Below are positions 47,451-57,963 of a stretch of 64,000 nt of DNA, piece after piece (the first letter of the stretch is position 1; each line of letters begins with the position of its first letter). The DNA is from an uncultured Chloroflexia bacterium. Lineage in GTDB: Bacteria; Chloroflexota; Limnocylindria; Limnocylindrales; CSP1-4. The position numbers were made by a program, and so were the translations under genes. The notes beneath the pieces are model-generated. The model saw only the letters and a list, made by a program, of their open reading frames with translations, made no database searches and was not told the origin of the DNA. The stretch covers positions 250,235-314,234 of the forward strand of contig CAVVDB010000007.1 in the NCBI GenBank assembly GCA_963746865.1, written 5' to 3'.

Positions 47451-49134
47451 ATGACCGACTCGCAGCCCATCCGCACCATCGTTCGCGCAGCCGTCACGAC
47501 GGCCTGGGAGCGGGCGGTCGCGGCCGGCGCGCTGCCGGCCTGGCCCGACGATGCCGTTCGCCCACCGGTCGAGGTGGAGCGTCCCGCCGATCCGATCCAC
47601 GGCGACTTCGCCAGCAACCTCGCGATGAAGCTCGCCCGGCCATATCGGATGTCGCCACTCGCCATCGCCGCCGCCCTGGCCGCCGAACTCCAGGCCGCCG
47701 CCGGCGATGGCGCCTCGCCCGTCGCCGCCGGCCGAGGTCGCAGCGCCCGGCTTCCTGAACCTGCGCCTGCGCGACGCGGCGCTGGAGGTGACGATCGACG
47801 GGATCCTCGCCGACCCGCCGTCGTGGGGCCGGGTCGCCGCGATCAGGCCGCGCTCGGTCAACGTCGAGTTCGTGTCCGCCAATCCGACAGGCCCGCTCCA
47901 CGTCGGGAACGCCCGCGGCGCGTTCATCGGCGACCTGCTGAGTCGCGTCCTGGAGGCGGGCGGGCAACGCGTGACCCGCGAGTACTACTTCAACGACTCT
48001 GGCGGCCAGATCCGCAACCTCGGCGCGTCGGTGGCGGCCTTGAAGCGTGGCGAGCCGGTCCCCGAGGACGGCTACCAGGCCGCGTACGTCAACGACCTCG
48101 CGGCGGCCGTCCCCGACGACGTGTGGGCCGCGGCGACGACCGCGGACGCCGACACCGACGGGATCGTCGGGCACTGGGCGGCGGACCAGGTCCGCGGCGG
48201 GATCGAGGACAGCCTGGCCACCCTCGACGTCCACTTCGACGTCTGGACGAGCGAGGCCCGGCTTCACGAGGAGGGCTGGGTCGATCGTGCCGTGCAGCGC
48301 CTGCGCGATCGCGGCCACGTCTACGAGCAGGACGGGGCGACCTGGTTCCGTTCGACCGCGTTCGGCGACGACAAGGACCGGGTCATCTTCCGCTCCACCG
48401 GCGAACCGACCTACTTCGCGGCCGACATCGGCTATGTCACCGAGAAGTTCAGCCGCGGCTTCGACCACCTGATCTACATCTGGGGGGCCGACCATCACGG
48501 GACGGTCGCCCGTCTCCGCAACGCCGCCGAGGCGATGGGCTACGACCGCGAGGCCGTCCAGGTCCTGCTCTACTCGTGGGTCCGCTTCGTGCGCGACGGC
48601 CAGGAGGTCTCGATGAGCAAGCGGGCCGGCGAGTTCATCACCCTCGATGAACTGCTGGCGGAAGTCGGGACCGACGCCGCGCGCTGGTTCTTCGCCTCAC
48701 GTGCGGTGACGACCGAGATCGACTTCGACATCGAACTGGCCAAGAAGCAGTCGAACGAGAACCCGGTCTACTACGTGCAGTACGCCCATGCCCGGATCGC
48801 GTCGATCCTGCGCAAGGCGGAGGCGGCGGGCCTGGCCCGGGCGGACGGCGTCGGCGGCACGCTGGTCGGGGCCCCAGAGGCGACCCTGGCGCGCGCGATC
48901 AGTCGGTTCCCGGAGGTCGTCGAGGACGCCGTCGCGGCCGAGGAGACCCAGGGCATCACCGCCTACGCGACCGACCTCGCGACGACCTTCCACGGCTTCT
49001 ACCGCGATGCCCGCGTCGTCGACGCCGACGAACCGGAGCGCTCAGCCGCCCGGCTCGCGCTCGCCGACGCGGCGCGAATCACGCTGGCGAATGCGCTCGC
49101 GCTGCTGGGGATCTCGGCGCCGGACTCGATGTAG
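47451..49134 (+). pseudogene. argS: Arginine--tRNA ligase; reading frame interrupted by a 1-nt indel at about 47730 (likely sequence error)
   Basis: The N-terminal domain (MTDSQPIRTIVRAAV...) is in the frame of ORF 46986, the remainder in ORF 47707..49134. The junction gtc gcc gcc (g) gcc gag gtc gca gcg ccc ggc ttc ctg aac restores ...AEVAAPGFLNLRL. PTGPLHVGNARG (HIGH) and SMSKR (KMSKS) motifs present. Confidence 0.88.
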
Positions 49135-49148
49135 TCCGGCCGGCGCGC

Positions 49149-50509
49149 TCAGCCGGCTAGACCCAGGGCGTTGGCGACCTTGCCGAGCGTGGCGTCATCG
49201 TTCGCGACGAGGACCCAGCGGGTCTTGCCGCCCGAACCCGGGAGGACCTTGGCCACCCCGCCTGCCTCCTTGAGTGCCGTGGTCGCGGCAGTCTCGAACT
49301 CGGCGGCGTCCTTTGCGCTGTCCCAGGCGGTCTGCATCACGACCGCCCAGGCGCCGTTCGGCCCCTCCGCGACGGCGAGACGGTCGCCACCCCAGCCGGC
49401 GGCCGCCGCGTCCGCGGCCGCGGCCCCGGTGTCCTTGAGCCAGATACCGGTCTGCAGTTCGCCGAAGGTGTCCTGGAGGGGGACCGTCCAGCCACTGCCG
49501 AGTCGACGCGGCAAGATCGGCCGGGATGGCCACCTTGACCGGCGCTTCGTTCGCGTCGTACTTGGCCGGGTGGAGGATCTGCTCGGTCGATTCGGGCATC
49601 CGCTTGTAGAGGGCGTCCACGGCCGGCCAACCGCCGTCCGCATAGACCTCCTGGACCCACCGTCGCGCCCGTGTCGTACGGGAATTCAAGCGGCGTGCGC
49701 AGGATCGGAGGGGTTCGGGCGAGGAGCGCCTTCGCCTCCGGGTCGTTGCCGAGCGCGAGGAGCTCCTGGATGTCCAGGGGGGTCAGGTTCTGGATCCCCC
49801 ACAGGGTCATGAGCAGGGTCGCGTCCCCTTCGTAGGCCGCGGACCGGGCGAGGATCCGGTCGCTCTGGTCGAGGACCCCGTCCTGGTCCTTGAAGACCGT
49901 CGTGTTCTGGTCCTGGAGGGCGTGGTCGTACTCGTGGGCGAAGTAGAACCGCTCGGCGGCGCCGGGCTCACCGGTCTTGGAGACCACGTAGAGCTTGCCC
50001 TGGTCGTTGCGGTAGAAGCCCGCGACACCGCCGGACAGAAGGTCGAGCGTCAGGGCTCGAAGATCGGCGTCGGCGGGGATCAGGCCGAGCGCCTTGTACA
50101 GCCGCTGGGTGGCCGCGACGTACTCGGGCGGCGAGTCCTCGTCGTATTGCTTCGTCAGCATCGCGCGGAGTTCGTCCGCGCTGATGATCTGCCGCTCGAC
50201 CGGGCGTGTGGCGCTGAGTCCGCGGATCGCCGCTACCTGCGCCTCGATGGCGTCGTAGATGGCAGTCGTCGCCGGGTCGGCGCTGGCCGGCGGCCCGGAG
50301 CTCGCGGACGGAGCGAGGGCCGAGGCGGAGGGGGCGGGCGACGATGACCCGGCCGGTGTCGTCGGTTGCGCACTCGGCCGCGTGAGGCCGGACGACGGGC
50401 TGGCCGACGGACCGTTCGAGCCACAGGCCGCAGCCAGCAGGGCGACGAGCAGGACGACGATGACGGGAGTCGAGCGCCGCGCGCGCCGATGCGGATCGGG
50501 TGATGGCAT
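49149..50509 (-). pseudogene. Lipoprotein with HExxH motif (putative secreted zinc metallopeptidase-like); two frame changes (about 49660 and about 49500)
   Basis: Lipobox VVLLVALLAAACGS and YFAHEYDHALQD. Three frames join as LEFPYDTGA|TWVQEVYADGGWPAVDALY...IPADLAA|LGSGWTVPLQDTFGELQ... Confidence 0.6.
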
Positions 50510-50657
50510 GCGCGGGATTGTCGCACGGCTTCGACGGGAGCCTCGGTTGGCCGTCTGCGGTATCGCTTTCTTAACCGCTTGCCGTCTCGACCCTGAACAC
50601 GCAACCCGTAGCGTATGCGTCGGACGAACCCGAAACGGTTCTATCCCTCCCTCCCTC

Positions 50658-50705
50658 GAGACCGGGGTGCCGATTGGGCAGGCACCCCGGTCTCTCTCTT
50701 TTGTG
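50658..50705 (+). terminator. Rho-independent terminator-like hairpin (14-bp perfect stem, 9-nt loop, U-rich tail)
   Basis: GAGACCGGGGTGCC gattgggca GGCACCCCGGTCTC followed by tctcttttgtg. No plus-strand CDS lies upstream of it. Confidence 0.5.
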
Positions 50706-50961
50706 CCGTGGCCGTCAAACCGGCACCGTCCAGGGTGGCCGCGGCGTTCGTTGGAGGGCCGCCCCGTTCGCTCACGCACCCTGAGGTGCGCTCGCTCCCT
50801 TGCGCGACCCTCCGCCTTCGCGGCGGACCGCCCTGGGCGGCGATTCTCGGTTCATCGACTCGCGCTGGTGCGCTCGCTCCCTTGCGTGGTTGCCACGGGG
50901 GGAACGCCTGGTCACGATTGGACGTCGAGAGATCGTCTGCGGCGCAGAACGCCGCTATCGC

Positions 50962-51558
50962 ATGGAGTGGGAATTGCGCCGCGTGCCCGCATCGAACGTC
51001 GGATGGCTTCGGATCCTGATGACGACCGGTGGCGCGGTGCTCCTGGCGGGAACCATCACAGCCGGGACGGCCCTCGCATGCAGCCCGCCGTTCGAGGAAC
51101 CAAGCGTCAGTGCACTGCCTGAAGGCGCGGTTGTCGTCGTCGGCACCACTGGCGACAAGGTCGTTGACGGTCGCCTCTTCTACGTCGAGCGCGTCTATTC
51201 CGGCGATGTGTCCGCGACGCCGATCGTGATCGCCTTCAAGGAAGGCGAGCCCATCGGCGATTGCAGCTACCCGATGTCGAGCGGGGTCCATCTCGTCATC
51301 GCGCCGGATCGGGAGGAAGACGGGACGTTGAGCGCCAACCTGGGCACGCTCCAAGCGGACCCGAACGGCGATCTCGGGCGCCGCCTTGTTGCACAGGCAC
51401 GCGCACGCTACGGTGACGGCGCCGTGCCAACCGGACGGCAGGCACCGGCAGGAGTGGATCTGCGTGCTGTCGGGCTCGCCCTGGCCCTTGTCGGGGGCGC
51501 CGCCGCCACCTGGTTCGCATGGCGGCGCGCCGGATGGCGCGGGGCGAAGGACGGCTGA
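50962..51558 (+). CDS. Hypothetical exported protein with C-terminal membrane anchor
   Basis: N-terminal hydrophobic LRILMTTGGAVLLAGTITAGTALA. The C-terminus (VPTG...VGLALALVGGAAATWFAW RRAGWRGAK) resembles a motif + TM + basic-tail sorting signal. Start is uncertain. Confidence 0.45.
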   Translation: MEWELRRVPASNVGWLRILMTTGGAVLLAGTITAGTALACSPPFEEPSVSALPEGAVVVVGTTGDKVVDGRLFYVERVYSGDVSATPIVIAFKEGEPIGDCSYPMSSGVHLVIAPDREEDGTLSANLGTLQADPNGDLGRRLVAQARARYGDGAVPTGRQAPAGVDLRAVGLALALVGGAAATWFAWRRAGWRGAKDG

Positions 51559-51611
51559 CCGGACGACGGCGATCAAAGCGGCGAGTGATCGGGGTATGCA
51601 AGAATCATCCG

Positions 51612-52286
51612 ATGGAATTGACGTGGTATGGGCGGACGTGTGTTCGGTTGCGGGGTCGGGATGCGGTTGTTGTGAGTGATCCGTTCCAGTCGGTGGTGGG
51701 GCCTACTGGGCGGGGGATCACCGGCGACATCGTGACGTTCAGTCATCCCGATGATCGGCCGTTGCCGAGGGGGAAGGGCAAGCACTCGCGGGACGGGAAG
51801 ACGCTGTTGCCGTCGAGCCTGGATGACGCGTTCGTGCTGGACGGGCCGGGGGAGTACGAGGTCAAGGAGGTCCTGGTCACGGGGGTCCGGACCTATCGCG
51901 ACGACGCCCGCGGTGCCGAGACGGGCAAGCAGGTCGCGTTCGTCGTCGAGGTCGATGGGGTCCATACGATCCACCTCGGTGACATCGGCCATCTCCTGTC
52001 CGAGGAGAAGCTCGGCGACATCGGGCCGGTCGATATCGCGTGCGTCCCGCTCGGTGGCTCGCTGTCGCCGACGCGGGCGGCCGCCCTCATGGCGCAGCTC
52101 GACCCACGGATCGTCGTGCCGATGCCGATCTGCGATGACGACGCCGACTGCGCCGATGCGCTCAAGCGCTTCTTCCACGAGATGGGCGCCGAGGCCACGA
52201 CGCAACCCAAGCTGTCGGTCACCGCCACCAGCCTGCCGGTCGAGACGACGACCGTCCTGCTCGAATCGCGCGGCAAGCAGGTCTGA
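51612..52286 (+). CDS. Metallo-beta-lactamase-fold hydrolase (UPF0173-like)
   Basis: MELTWYGRTCVRLRGRDAVVVSDPF...TFSHPD...IHLGDIGH fits the MBL-fold pattern. 224 aa. Confidence 0.7.
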   Translation: MELTWYGRTCVRLRGRDAVVVSDPFQSVVGPTGRGITGDIVTFSHPDDRPLPRGKGKHSRDGKTLLPSSLDDAFVLDGPGEYEVKEVLVTGVRTYRDDARGAETGKQVAFVVEVDGVHTIHLGDIGHLLSEEKLGDIGPVDIACVPLGGSLSPTRAAALMAQLDPRIVVPMPICDDDADCADALKRFFHEMGAEATTQPKLSVTATSLPVETTTVLLESRGKQV

Positions 52287-52298
52287 CGATCGACGCGG

Positions 52299-53676
52299 TC
52301 AGCCGCGCTCGAGGACGACCCGGCCGCGCTTGATCACCGTCCCCGCCAGGTCCGCGGCCGGCCAGTAGGGGATCTGCGTCGAGCTCGGGACGCGCCAGAT
52401 GACGAGGTCGGCGGCCTTGCCCGGTTCGATCGAGCCGATCTCCTCCTCGAGGCCGAGCGCGCGCGCCGCATTGATCGTGACGGCGCTGAGGGCCTCGTCG
52501 GGGGTCATCCGCAACTCGATGCAGGCGACGGTCATCGCCAGCGGGAGGCTCGCCGTCGGCGAGGTCCCCGGGTTGAAGTCGGTGCCGAGCGCGACCGGGA
52601 TCCCGCGCTCGATGAAGGTCCGGGCCGGTGCCCCGTGGTCCTTCATCAGGAACCAGGTCGTCGCCGGCAGGACGGTCGCCACGACGGCCCGGTCGGAGGC
52701 GGCAGCCGCCGCGAGGGCCTCGATCCCCGCCTCCGACGGGGTCGCGAGGTGGTCGGCCGAGGCCGCCCCGAGCTCCGCCGCCAGCTCCGCGCCACCCGAC
52801 GGCGCGAGTTCGTCCGCGTGCAGGCGGGGCGTCATCCCGTACGCGGACGCGGCCTCCAGGACCCGCCTCGACTGGTCGGCCGTGAAGACGCCGGTCTCGC
52901 AGAAGACGTCGCAGAACCGGGCCCGACCATGGGCGGCTACGCCGGGCAGCTGGTCCTCGATGACCGACCGGACGTACGCCTCCACGCCGCCCTTGGGTCT
53001 GGACCGGAACTCGGCCGGCACCGCGTGCGCCCCCAGATAGGTGGGGACGACGTCGATCGGTCCCTCCTTGCCGAGCTGATAGGCGGTCTCGATCAGGCGG
53101 ATCTCCGTCTCGAGATCGAGGCCGTAGCCGGACTTCGCCTCGATCGTGGTCACGCCGTGGCCCAGCATCTCGTCGAGCCAGCGTCGACCGTGCGCGAGCA
53201 GGTCGTCGCCCGACGCGGCCCGCGTGGCGGCGACGGTCGACAGGATCCCGCCGCCGGCCTCGAGGATCTCGAGGTAGCCGGCACCCTGCTGGCGCAGTCT
53301 GCCACTCGTCCGCGCGCGAGCCCCCGAACAGAAGGTGGGTGTGCGGATCGATGAGCCCGGGCGTCACGCAGCCGCCTCGCGCGTCGAGCCTGGCGAACCG
53401 GCTCAGCGCGTAGCCCTCCGCCTCGAGCGCGGTCTCCAGTGCCGCCCGTGGCCCGACCGCGACGATGCGGCCCTCCCAGCACGCGACGGCCGGGGCATCG
53501 GGCGCATCCGGCCCGCCCGCATCGGCCGCCGACAGGCGCCCGACTTCGGCCTGGGCGGCGCCCATCCTGACGCCGCCGGCGACGGTCACGACCTCGGACG
53601 CGCCGACGATCATCAGGCCCGGTGTCGGTTCGTCGGTGCGACCGCCGTGGATGAGCCGGAACGGACTCCCGCTCAC
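52299..53676 (-). pseudogene. hutI: Imidazolonepropionase; 1-nt frame change at about 53301
   Basis: The N-terminus with GLIDPHTHLLFGGSRADEW is in the frame of ORF 52219..53676. It continues as RLRQQGAGYLEILEAGGGILS...MLGHGVTTIEAKSGYGL in ORF 52299..53168. Confidence 0.85.
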
Positions 53677-54641
53677 CGGACCCGGCCGCCGGCGCGGGCG
53701 GCGTCGAGCCGGAGTTCGAGCGCCTGCATCGGCGAGTAGTCGCGCAGGCGGAGGAAGCCCGCCGCGGCGGCGAGCCGGTCCTCGACCGGGGCATCGGGCG
53801 GCGCGTCGACACGATCGGCGACGGCCAGCAGCGCACCCAGCGGCGCGAGCCCGATCAGCTCGGATTCGAGCAGGTCCACGCCGTCCTCGCCGGCGATATC
53901 GCGGACGGTCTCCCAGACCAGCCAGAGCGGCGTGGTCGCGAAGTCGAGCAGGTTCATCGAAACCTGCGCCCGGTTCAGCTCCTCGATCCAGAACCCGTTG
54001 GCCTGGACCTTGGGGAGGCCGCCGCCCGATTCCCGGACGCGACGGGCCACCCGCTTGGCGAGCTCGAGATCGGTCGAATCGAGGTTGATGTTGTAGGCGA
54101 TGAGGAACGGACGGGCGCCCACCGCAACGGCGCCGGCCGACGGGTGGAGACGAGACGGGCCGAAATCGGGGCCGCGTCCCGGCTCGCCGATCTCGGTCTT
54201 GAGCCCCTCGTACTGGCCGCGCCGCACATCAGCCAGCTTGACCCGCTCGGCTCGCGTCGCGGCGTTGGCGTACAGGTAGACCGGCAACTCGAACCGCGTC
54301 GCGATCCGCTTGCCGAAGTCCCGGGCGAGTTCCACACAGTCATCCATCGTGGTGGTCGCCAGCGGCACGAACGGGATGACGTCCACGGCGCCGATGCGCG
54401 GGTGTTCGCCGGTGTGGGTGTCCATGTCGATCTCGTGGATCGCGGTCGCGACCAGGCGTTCGAGCGCGTCGACGACCGCGCCGTGCTCCCCCGCCATCGT
54501 GAACACCGACCGGTTGTGGCTGGCATCGCTCGTCCGGTCGAGGAGATGGACGCCAGGACCCACCTCGATCGCCTCGGCCATCCGGTCGACGACGTCGAGG
54601 CGACGGCCTTCGGAGACGTTCGGGACCGACTCGATCAGCAC
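53673..54641 (-). CDS. Glutamate formimidoyltransferase (FTCD N-terminal-domain type)
   Basis: MLIESVPNVSEGRR... is the hallmark N-terminus. 322 aa, GTG start, 4-nt overlap with hutI. Confidence 0.85.
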   Translation of the reverse strand: MLIESVPNVSEGRRLDVVDRMAEAIEVGPGVHLLDRTSDASHNRSVFTMAGEHGAVVDALERLVATAIHEIDMDTHTGEHPRIGAVDVIPFVPLATTTMDDCVELARDFGKRIATRFELPVYLYANAATRAERVKLADVRRGQYEGLKTEIGEPGRGPDFGPSRLHPSAGAVAVGARPFLIAYNINLDSTDLELAKRVARRVRESGGGLPKVQANGFWIEELNRAQVSMNLLDFATTPLWLVWETVRDIAGEDGVDLLESELIGLAPLGALLAVADRVDAPPDAPVEDRLAAAAGFLRLRDYSPMQALELRLDAARAGGRVR

Positions 54642-54737
54642 CCGACGATGCTAGACCGCCGACGTCGGCGGTACCGGCCGAGTTAGCATTCGGTCGTCTC
54701 GGCGTTCCTGTCTGTGTCGCGCGCCTCGGAGGACCCT

Positions 54738-55361
54738 ATGGCCGGCTTCACTCCGTTCACGAACAACTACACCGACCTCTCGGACGAGAACGGGTACCAG
54801 TTCGAGTTCCGCTGCGCCATCTGCGCGTCGGGCTATCGGAGCGAGTTCATCCGCTCCAACCTCGGGACGGCCGGCAACCTGCTCGGCGGGGCGAGCAGCC
54901 TGCTGGGCGGGATCTTCGGCAGCGCCTCGAACGTCGCCGACCGGGCCAAGGACATCACCGATCGCGGCGCCCGCGACGAGGCCCTGAAGAAGGCGTCCAA
55001 CGAGCTGATGCACTTCTTCCAGCGCTGCCCGAAGAACAACCTGTGGGTCGACGAGACGTGCTGGAACGAGGCCCGCGGCCTGTGCGTCAGTTGCGCGCCC
55101 AAGCTCGCGGTCGAGCTGGAGGCCGAGCGTCAGGCGGTCGAGATCGCGCAGATGCGCCAGGCGATGCAGTCCGAGACGGTCTTCACCGGGGACACGAGCA
55201 CACGCACGACGGTCTGCACGAACTGCGGCAAGCCGGTCGGCTCCGAGAAGTTCTGCTCGAACTGCGGGACCCCGGTCGGTCTCGCGAAGTGCCCGAACTG
55301 CGGCAACGACATCGCGCCCGGCGCGAAGTTCTGCGGCAACTGCGGGGCGAGTACCGGCTGA
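54738..55361 (+). CDS. Zinc-ribbon protein (N-terminal CxxC...CxxC domain plus C-terminal double zinc ribbon)
   Basis: GGAGG lies 5 nt before the ATG at 54738. Cys pairs: CAIC...CVSC, then CTNCG..FCSNCG..CPNCG..FCGNCG. Confidence 0.65.
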   Translation: MAGFTPFTNNYTDLSDENGYQFEFRCAICASGYRSEFIRSNLGTAGNLLGGASSLLGGIFGSASNVADRAKDITDRGARDEALKKASNELMHFFQRCPKNNLWVDETCWNEARGLCVSCAPKLAVELEAERQAVEIAQMRQAMQSETVFTGDTSTRTTVCTNCGKPVGSEKFCSNCGTPVGLAKCPNCGNDIAPGAKFCGNCGASTG

Positions 55362-55441
55362 CCTTCAGCCGGCAAGGGTCGGTTGCAACAGTCCTGGACT
55401 CCGCGCGTCGTTCCAGAAACGTCGCACCGCGAGGACGATGG

Positions 55442-56296
55442 ATGGGTTCGACCGAGATCGACGAACGGCTGGCGTCGCTCTACCGACGGATGCGTGCCCT
55501 CACGCCCCCGGAGTTCAAAGCCCTGGCGCGCGCCGGACGACGCCGGAGGGGACCGATCGAATCGATCACCAGCATCGTTGGCCTTGACGGGCGATATCGC
55601 CTGCAGCGAGGCGATCCGATGGAGCGCGCTCGAGCCGATGCCCGTGCAGCGTTCAAGCGACAACGACGGCAGCCGCCAAACCTCAAGCGGGGGCTGCAAC
55701 GACCCCTCCTATTCGTCGCAGCGGCCTGGCTCGTCGTATCCATGGGCACCGTGAGCGCCTTGATGGTCCTGCTAGAGCCGTTGTGGCCGATCATCGAGAA
55801 GCGCCAACTCGTGGCGGGAGCGATGATCGCCTGCTTCTCGCTCGGAGCGGCGGCTCTGGCGGCGGCCGCGATAGCGGAGCTGCTGCGGCGCCGCAGCCTC
55901 AGGGATCTTGCGAGTCCACTCGGCCCGATCATCCTTCGTGATCTCCGAGCCACCGGTCTTGGTCTGGCCACCTACCTATGCATCGTCCTCGCCATTGTTC
56001 TGCTGGTCGGCGGAACCGCGGAGTGGGCAAACGTTACGCCAGGCGGCGTGCGGCTGGGCGTTGTCGCGGTGTCCGTGACCCTCCTCGTCCTGACGGTGTT
56101 CGCGGTCGTTCGGTGGTGGCAGGTCCGAGCGTTCTCACCCGGGGCGGTGCGCCCGCTCCGGGACGTCGAGCTCGCGGTCGCGACCGAAACCATCGATCCC
56201 TCGGTCGATACCACGCTTCTGCGGGTTGCATGGGAGAGCGTGGTGGGGCCTCCCGGCGAGGGCTCCCAGCGCATGCCGTCGGAGGTTCCTAGCTGA
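55442..56296 (+). CDS. Integral membrane protein, function unknown
   Basis: Protein-like part of ORF 55043..56296 starting at ATG 55442. Soluble basic N-terminus followed by 4-5 hydrophobic helices. Confidence 0.5.
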   Translation: MGSTEIDERLASLYRRMRALTPPEFKALARAGRRRRGPIESITSIVGLDGRYRLQRGDPMERARADARAAFKRQRRQPPNLKRGLQRPLLFVAAAWLVVSMGTVSALMVLLEPLWPIIEKRQLVAGAMIACFSLGAAALAAAAIAELLRRRSLRDLASPLGPIILRDLRATGLGLATYLCIVLAIVLLVGGTAEWANVTPGGVRLGVVAVSVTLLVLTVFAVVRWWQVRAFSPGAVRPLRDVELAVATETIDPSVDTTLLRVAWESVVGPPGEGSQRMPSEVPS

Positions 56297-56651
56297 CGAG
56301 CGTTCCGCACTCCTTGCAGAAGCGAGCGCCGGCAGCGAGGGCCGCTCCACAGCTCGAGCAGCGGGCGCCCGTCGCACCGGGTTCGGGATCGGCGCCGCCG
56401 GCCGGCGGCCGAAGTGGCGCGGCGGGAGGCGTCGGGGTCGGTCGAGGCGTGGACGGGCTCGTGGCTGCGTCGGTCGCGGTCAGGCTACGACCGCACTTGG
56501 GACACGCCACCCAACCCGGCTGCAGCTCCGCCCGGCAGTCCGGGCAGCGGCCCTGGCTGAATGGCTCGGTGACGCCACAGTACGGACAGGCCGCCACGCC
56601 GCTGTCGATGTACTTCGTGCAGAACGGACAGGGGTGCTTGTAGCCGGGCAT
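56289..56651 (-). CDS. Double zinc-ribbon protein
   Basis: CPFC..CPYCG..CPDC..CPKCG, a Pro-rich linker, then CSSCG..FCKECG. Its ATG directly abuts the stop of the upstream gene (TGAATG). Confidence 0.65.
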   Translation of the reverse strand: MPGYKHPCPFCTKYIDSGVAACPYCGVTEPFSQGRCPDCRAELQPGWVACPKCGRSLTATDAATSPSTPRPTPTPPAAPLRPPAGGADPEPGATGARCSSCGAALAAGARFCKECGTLVS

Positions 56652-57963
56652 TCAACTGGCTCCTTGGGCTTCGTCTGTGGCTTCATCGACCATCGCGTCC
56701 TGGGCGGCGCGTCCGGGCCAGACCGCCGCCTCATCGCGAACCCCACCATGCCAGGCGATGAGCTCCGCGAGCGCGGCCGCCCACGAGGCATCATCGCGAT
56801 GGACGATCCGCGCCACGAATCGGGCTCGGGCGGCCGCCAGGCTCGGAAGGGCGGCGAGGGCGAGTCGATAGCGGAGGAAGCGAGGCGCCCCGAGCGCTTC
56901 GTCGGAGAGCGCCATCGGTTCGCGCAGGAAGCGGCTGTCGACGAGGGCCTCAGAGACGACTTGGACCGCCTCGTCGATCGCCGGCCGGATCGTCCGCACC
57001 TGCGACGAACGAGACGCGCGGCCCCAGCCGGAAGCAGTAGGTCGCGTGAGCGCCCTCGCTCACAAGTTCGAGCGCGAGGAGGTTGCCGGGGAGCGGGAGA
57101 AGGAACCAGGTCCGCCCCTCGTCGCCGCCCGGCTCGACCGGGGCGACGGCGATCGCCCGAGCATCGGCCAGCGGTCCCGCCGTCGTCCGCAGCTGGGCGT
57201 AGGAACTCGCGAAGGTCGGATCGACGAGGACCCCGGCCTCGACCGCCGACCACGAGGACGGGAGCTGCGCCGACGTCGCGGGGTTCCCATCGACCAGCAT
57301 CCCGGCCGCCTCCTGGCGGGCGGCATACGGAGCATCGGGGATGAGCGCCCCGATGATCCTCGCCGCGTCGGCCGCCGCCGCCGACCGGAGCGCCGAGCAA
57401 CGGTCCGCGTGGACGCGGGCCGCCGACCCGAGTCCGGGGAGTCGGACGACGCGGCCGTTCGCGAGCTCGATCGCCACCGAGCCCGTCGACTCATCCGCGC
57501 GGACCGCTGCGATCCCGGCGCGTCGGATCCGGATCCACGGCCGTCGTTCGTCGAGCGGCGCGAGGAGGACGCCCCAGGCGTGGTAGGCGAGCTGGCCGAC
57601 CCCATGGTCGGTGCCGTCGTCGTACTCGACCAGGTCGATCGGATCGTCGGCCGGCAGCGTGATCAGGGCATCCGCGGCCTGCTGCCTGAGGCGGCGATCC
57701 CGCAACTCACGGATGAGCTGGCCCTGGGCGCCACCGAACTGGTCGAGCAGGATGCGCTCGGCACCGGGCCCGCCGCCGAGCGCCAGGAGCGCGGCACCGT
57801 CCTGGACGGCGACCGTGGCCAGGTCGCGATAGGCGGCGACCTTCGTCCCGCCGTCGAGCGTGAGCGTGAACCGGTCGGCGTCGAGCGTCACCCGGACCGG
57901 AGCGGCGACCCCGGGCGGGGCCAGCATCCGGCCGCGACCCGACAGCACCAGGGCGTCGGTCAT
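56652..57963 (-). CDS. Hypothetical protein translationally coupled to hutU; either one ~437-aa protein with a frame change near 57000 or two overlapping ORFs (56950..57963 and 56652..56999)
   Basis: The ATG at 57963 overlaps the hutU stop (ATGA). The sequence is protein-like up to ...[11 protein letters not shown], and the protein-like sequence then continues in another frame as [21 protein letters not shown]... No family recognised. Confidence 0.5.

Noticed and set aside
50642-50694. G-quadruplex on the minus strand (GAGGGAGGGAGGGA next to the GGGG of the hairpin)
   Set aside because: Only three clean GGG tracts are contiguous. The fourth is sequestered in a 14-bp hairpin. The plus-strand terminator/sRNA reading explains the sequence better.
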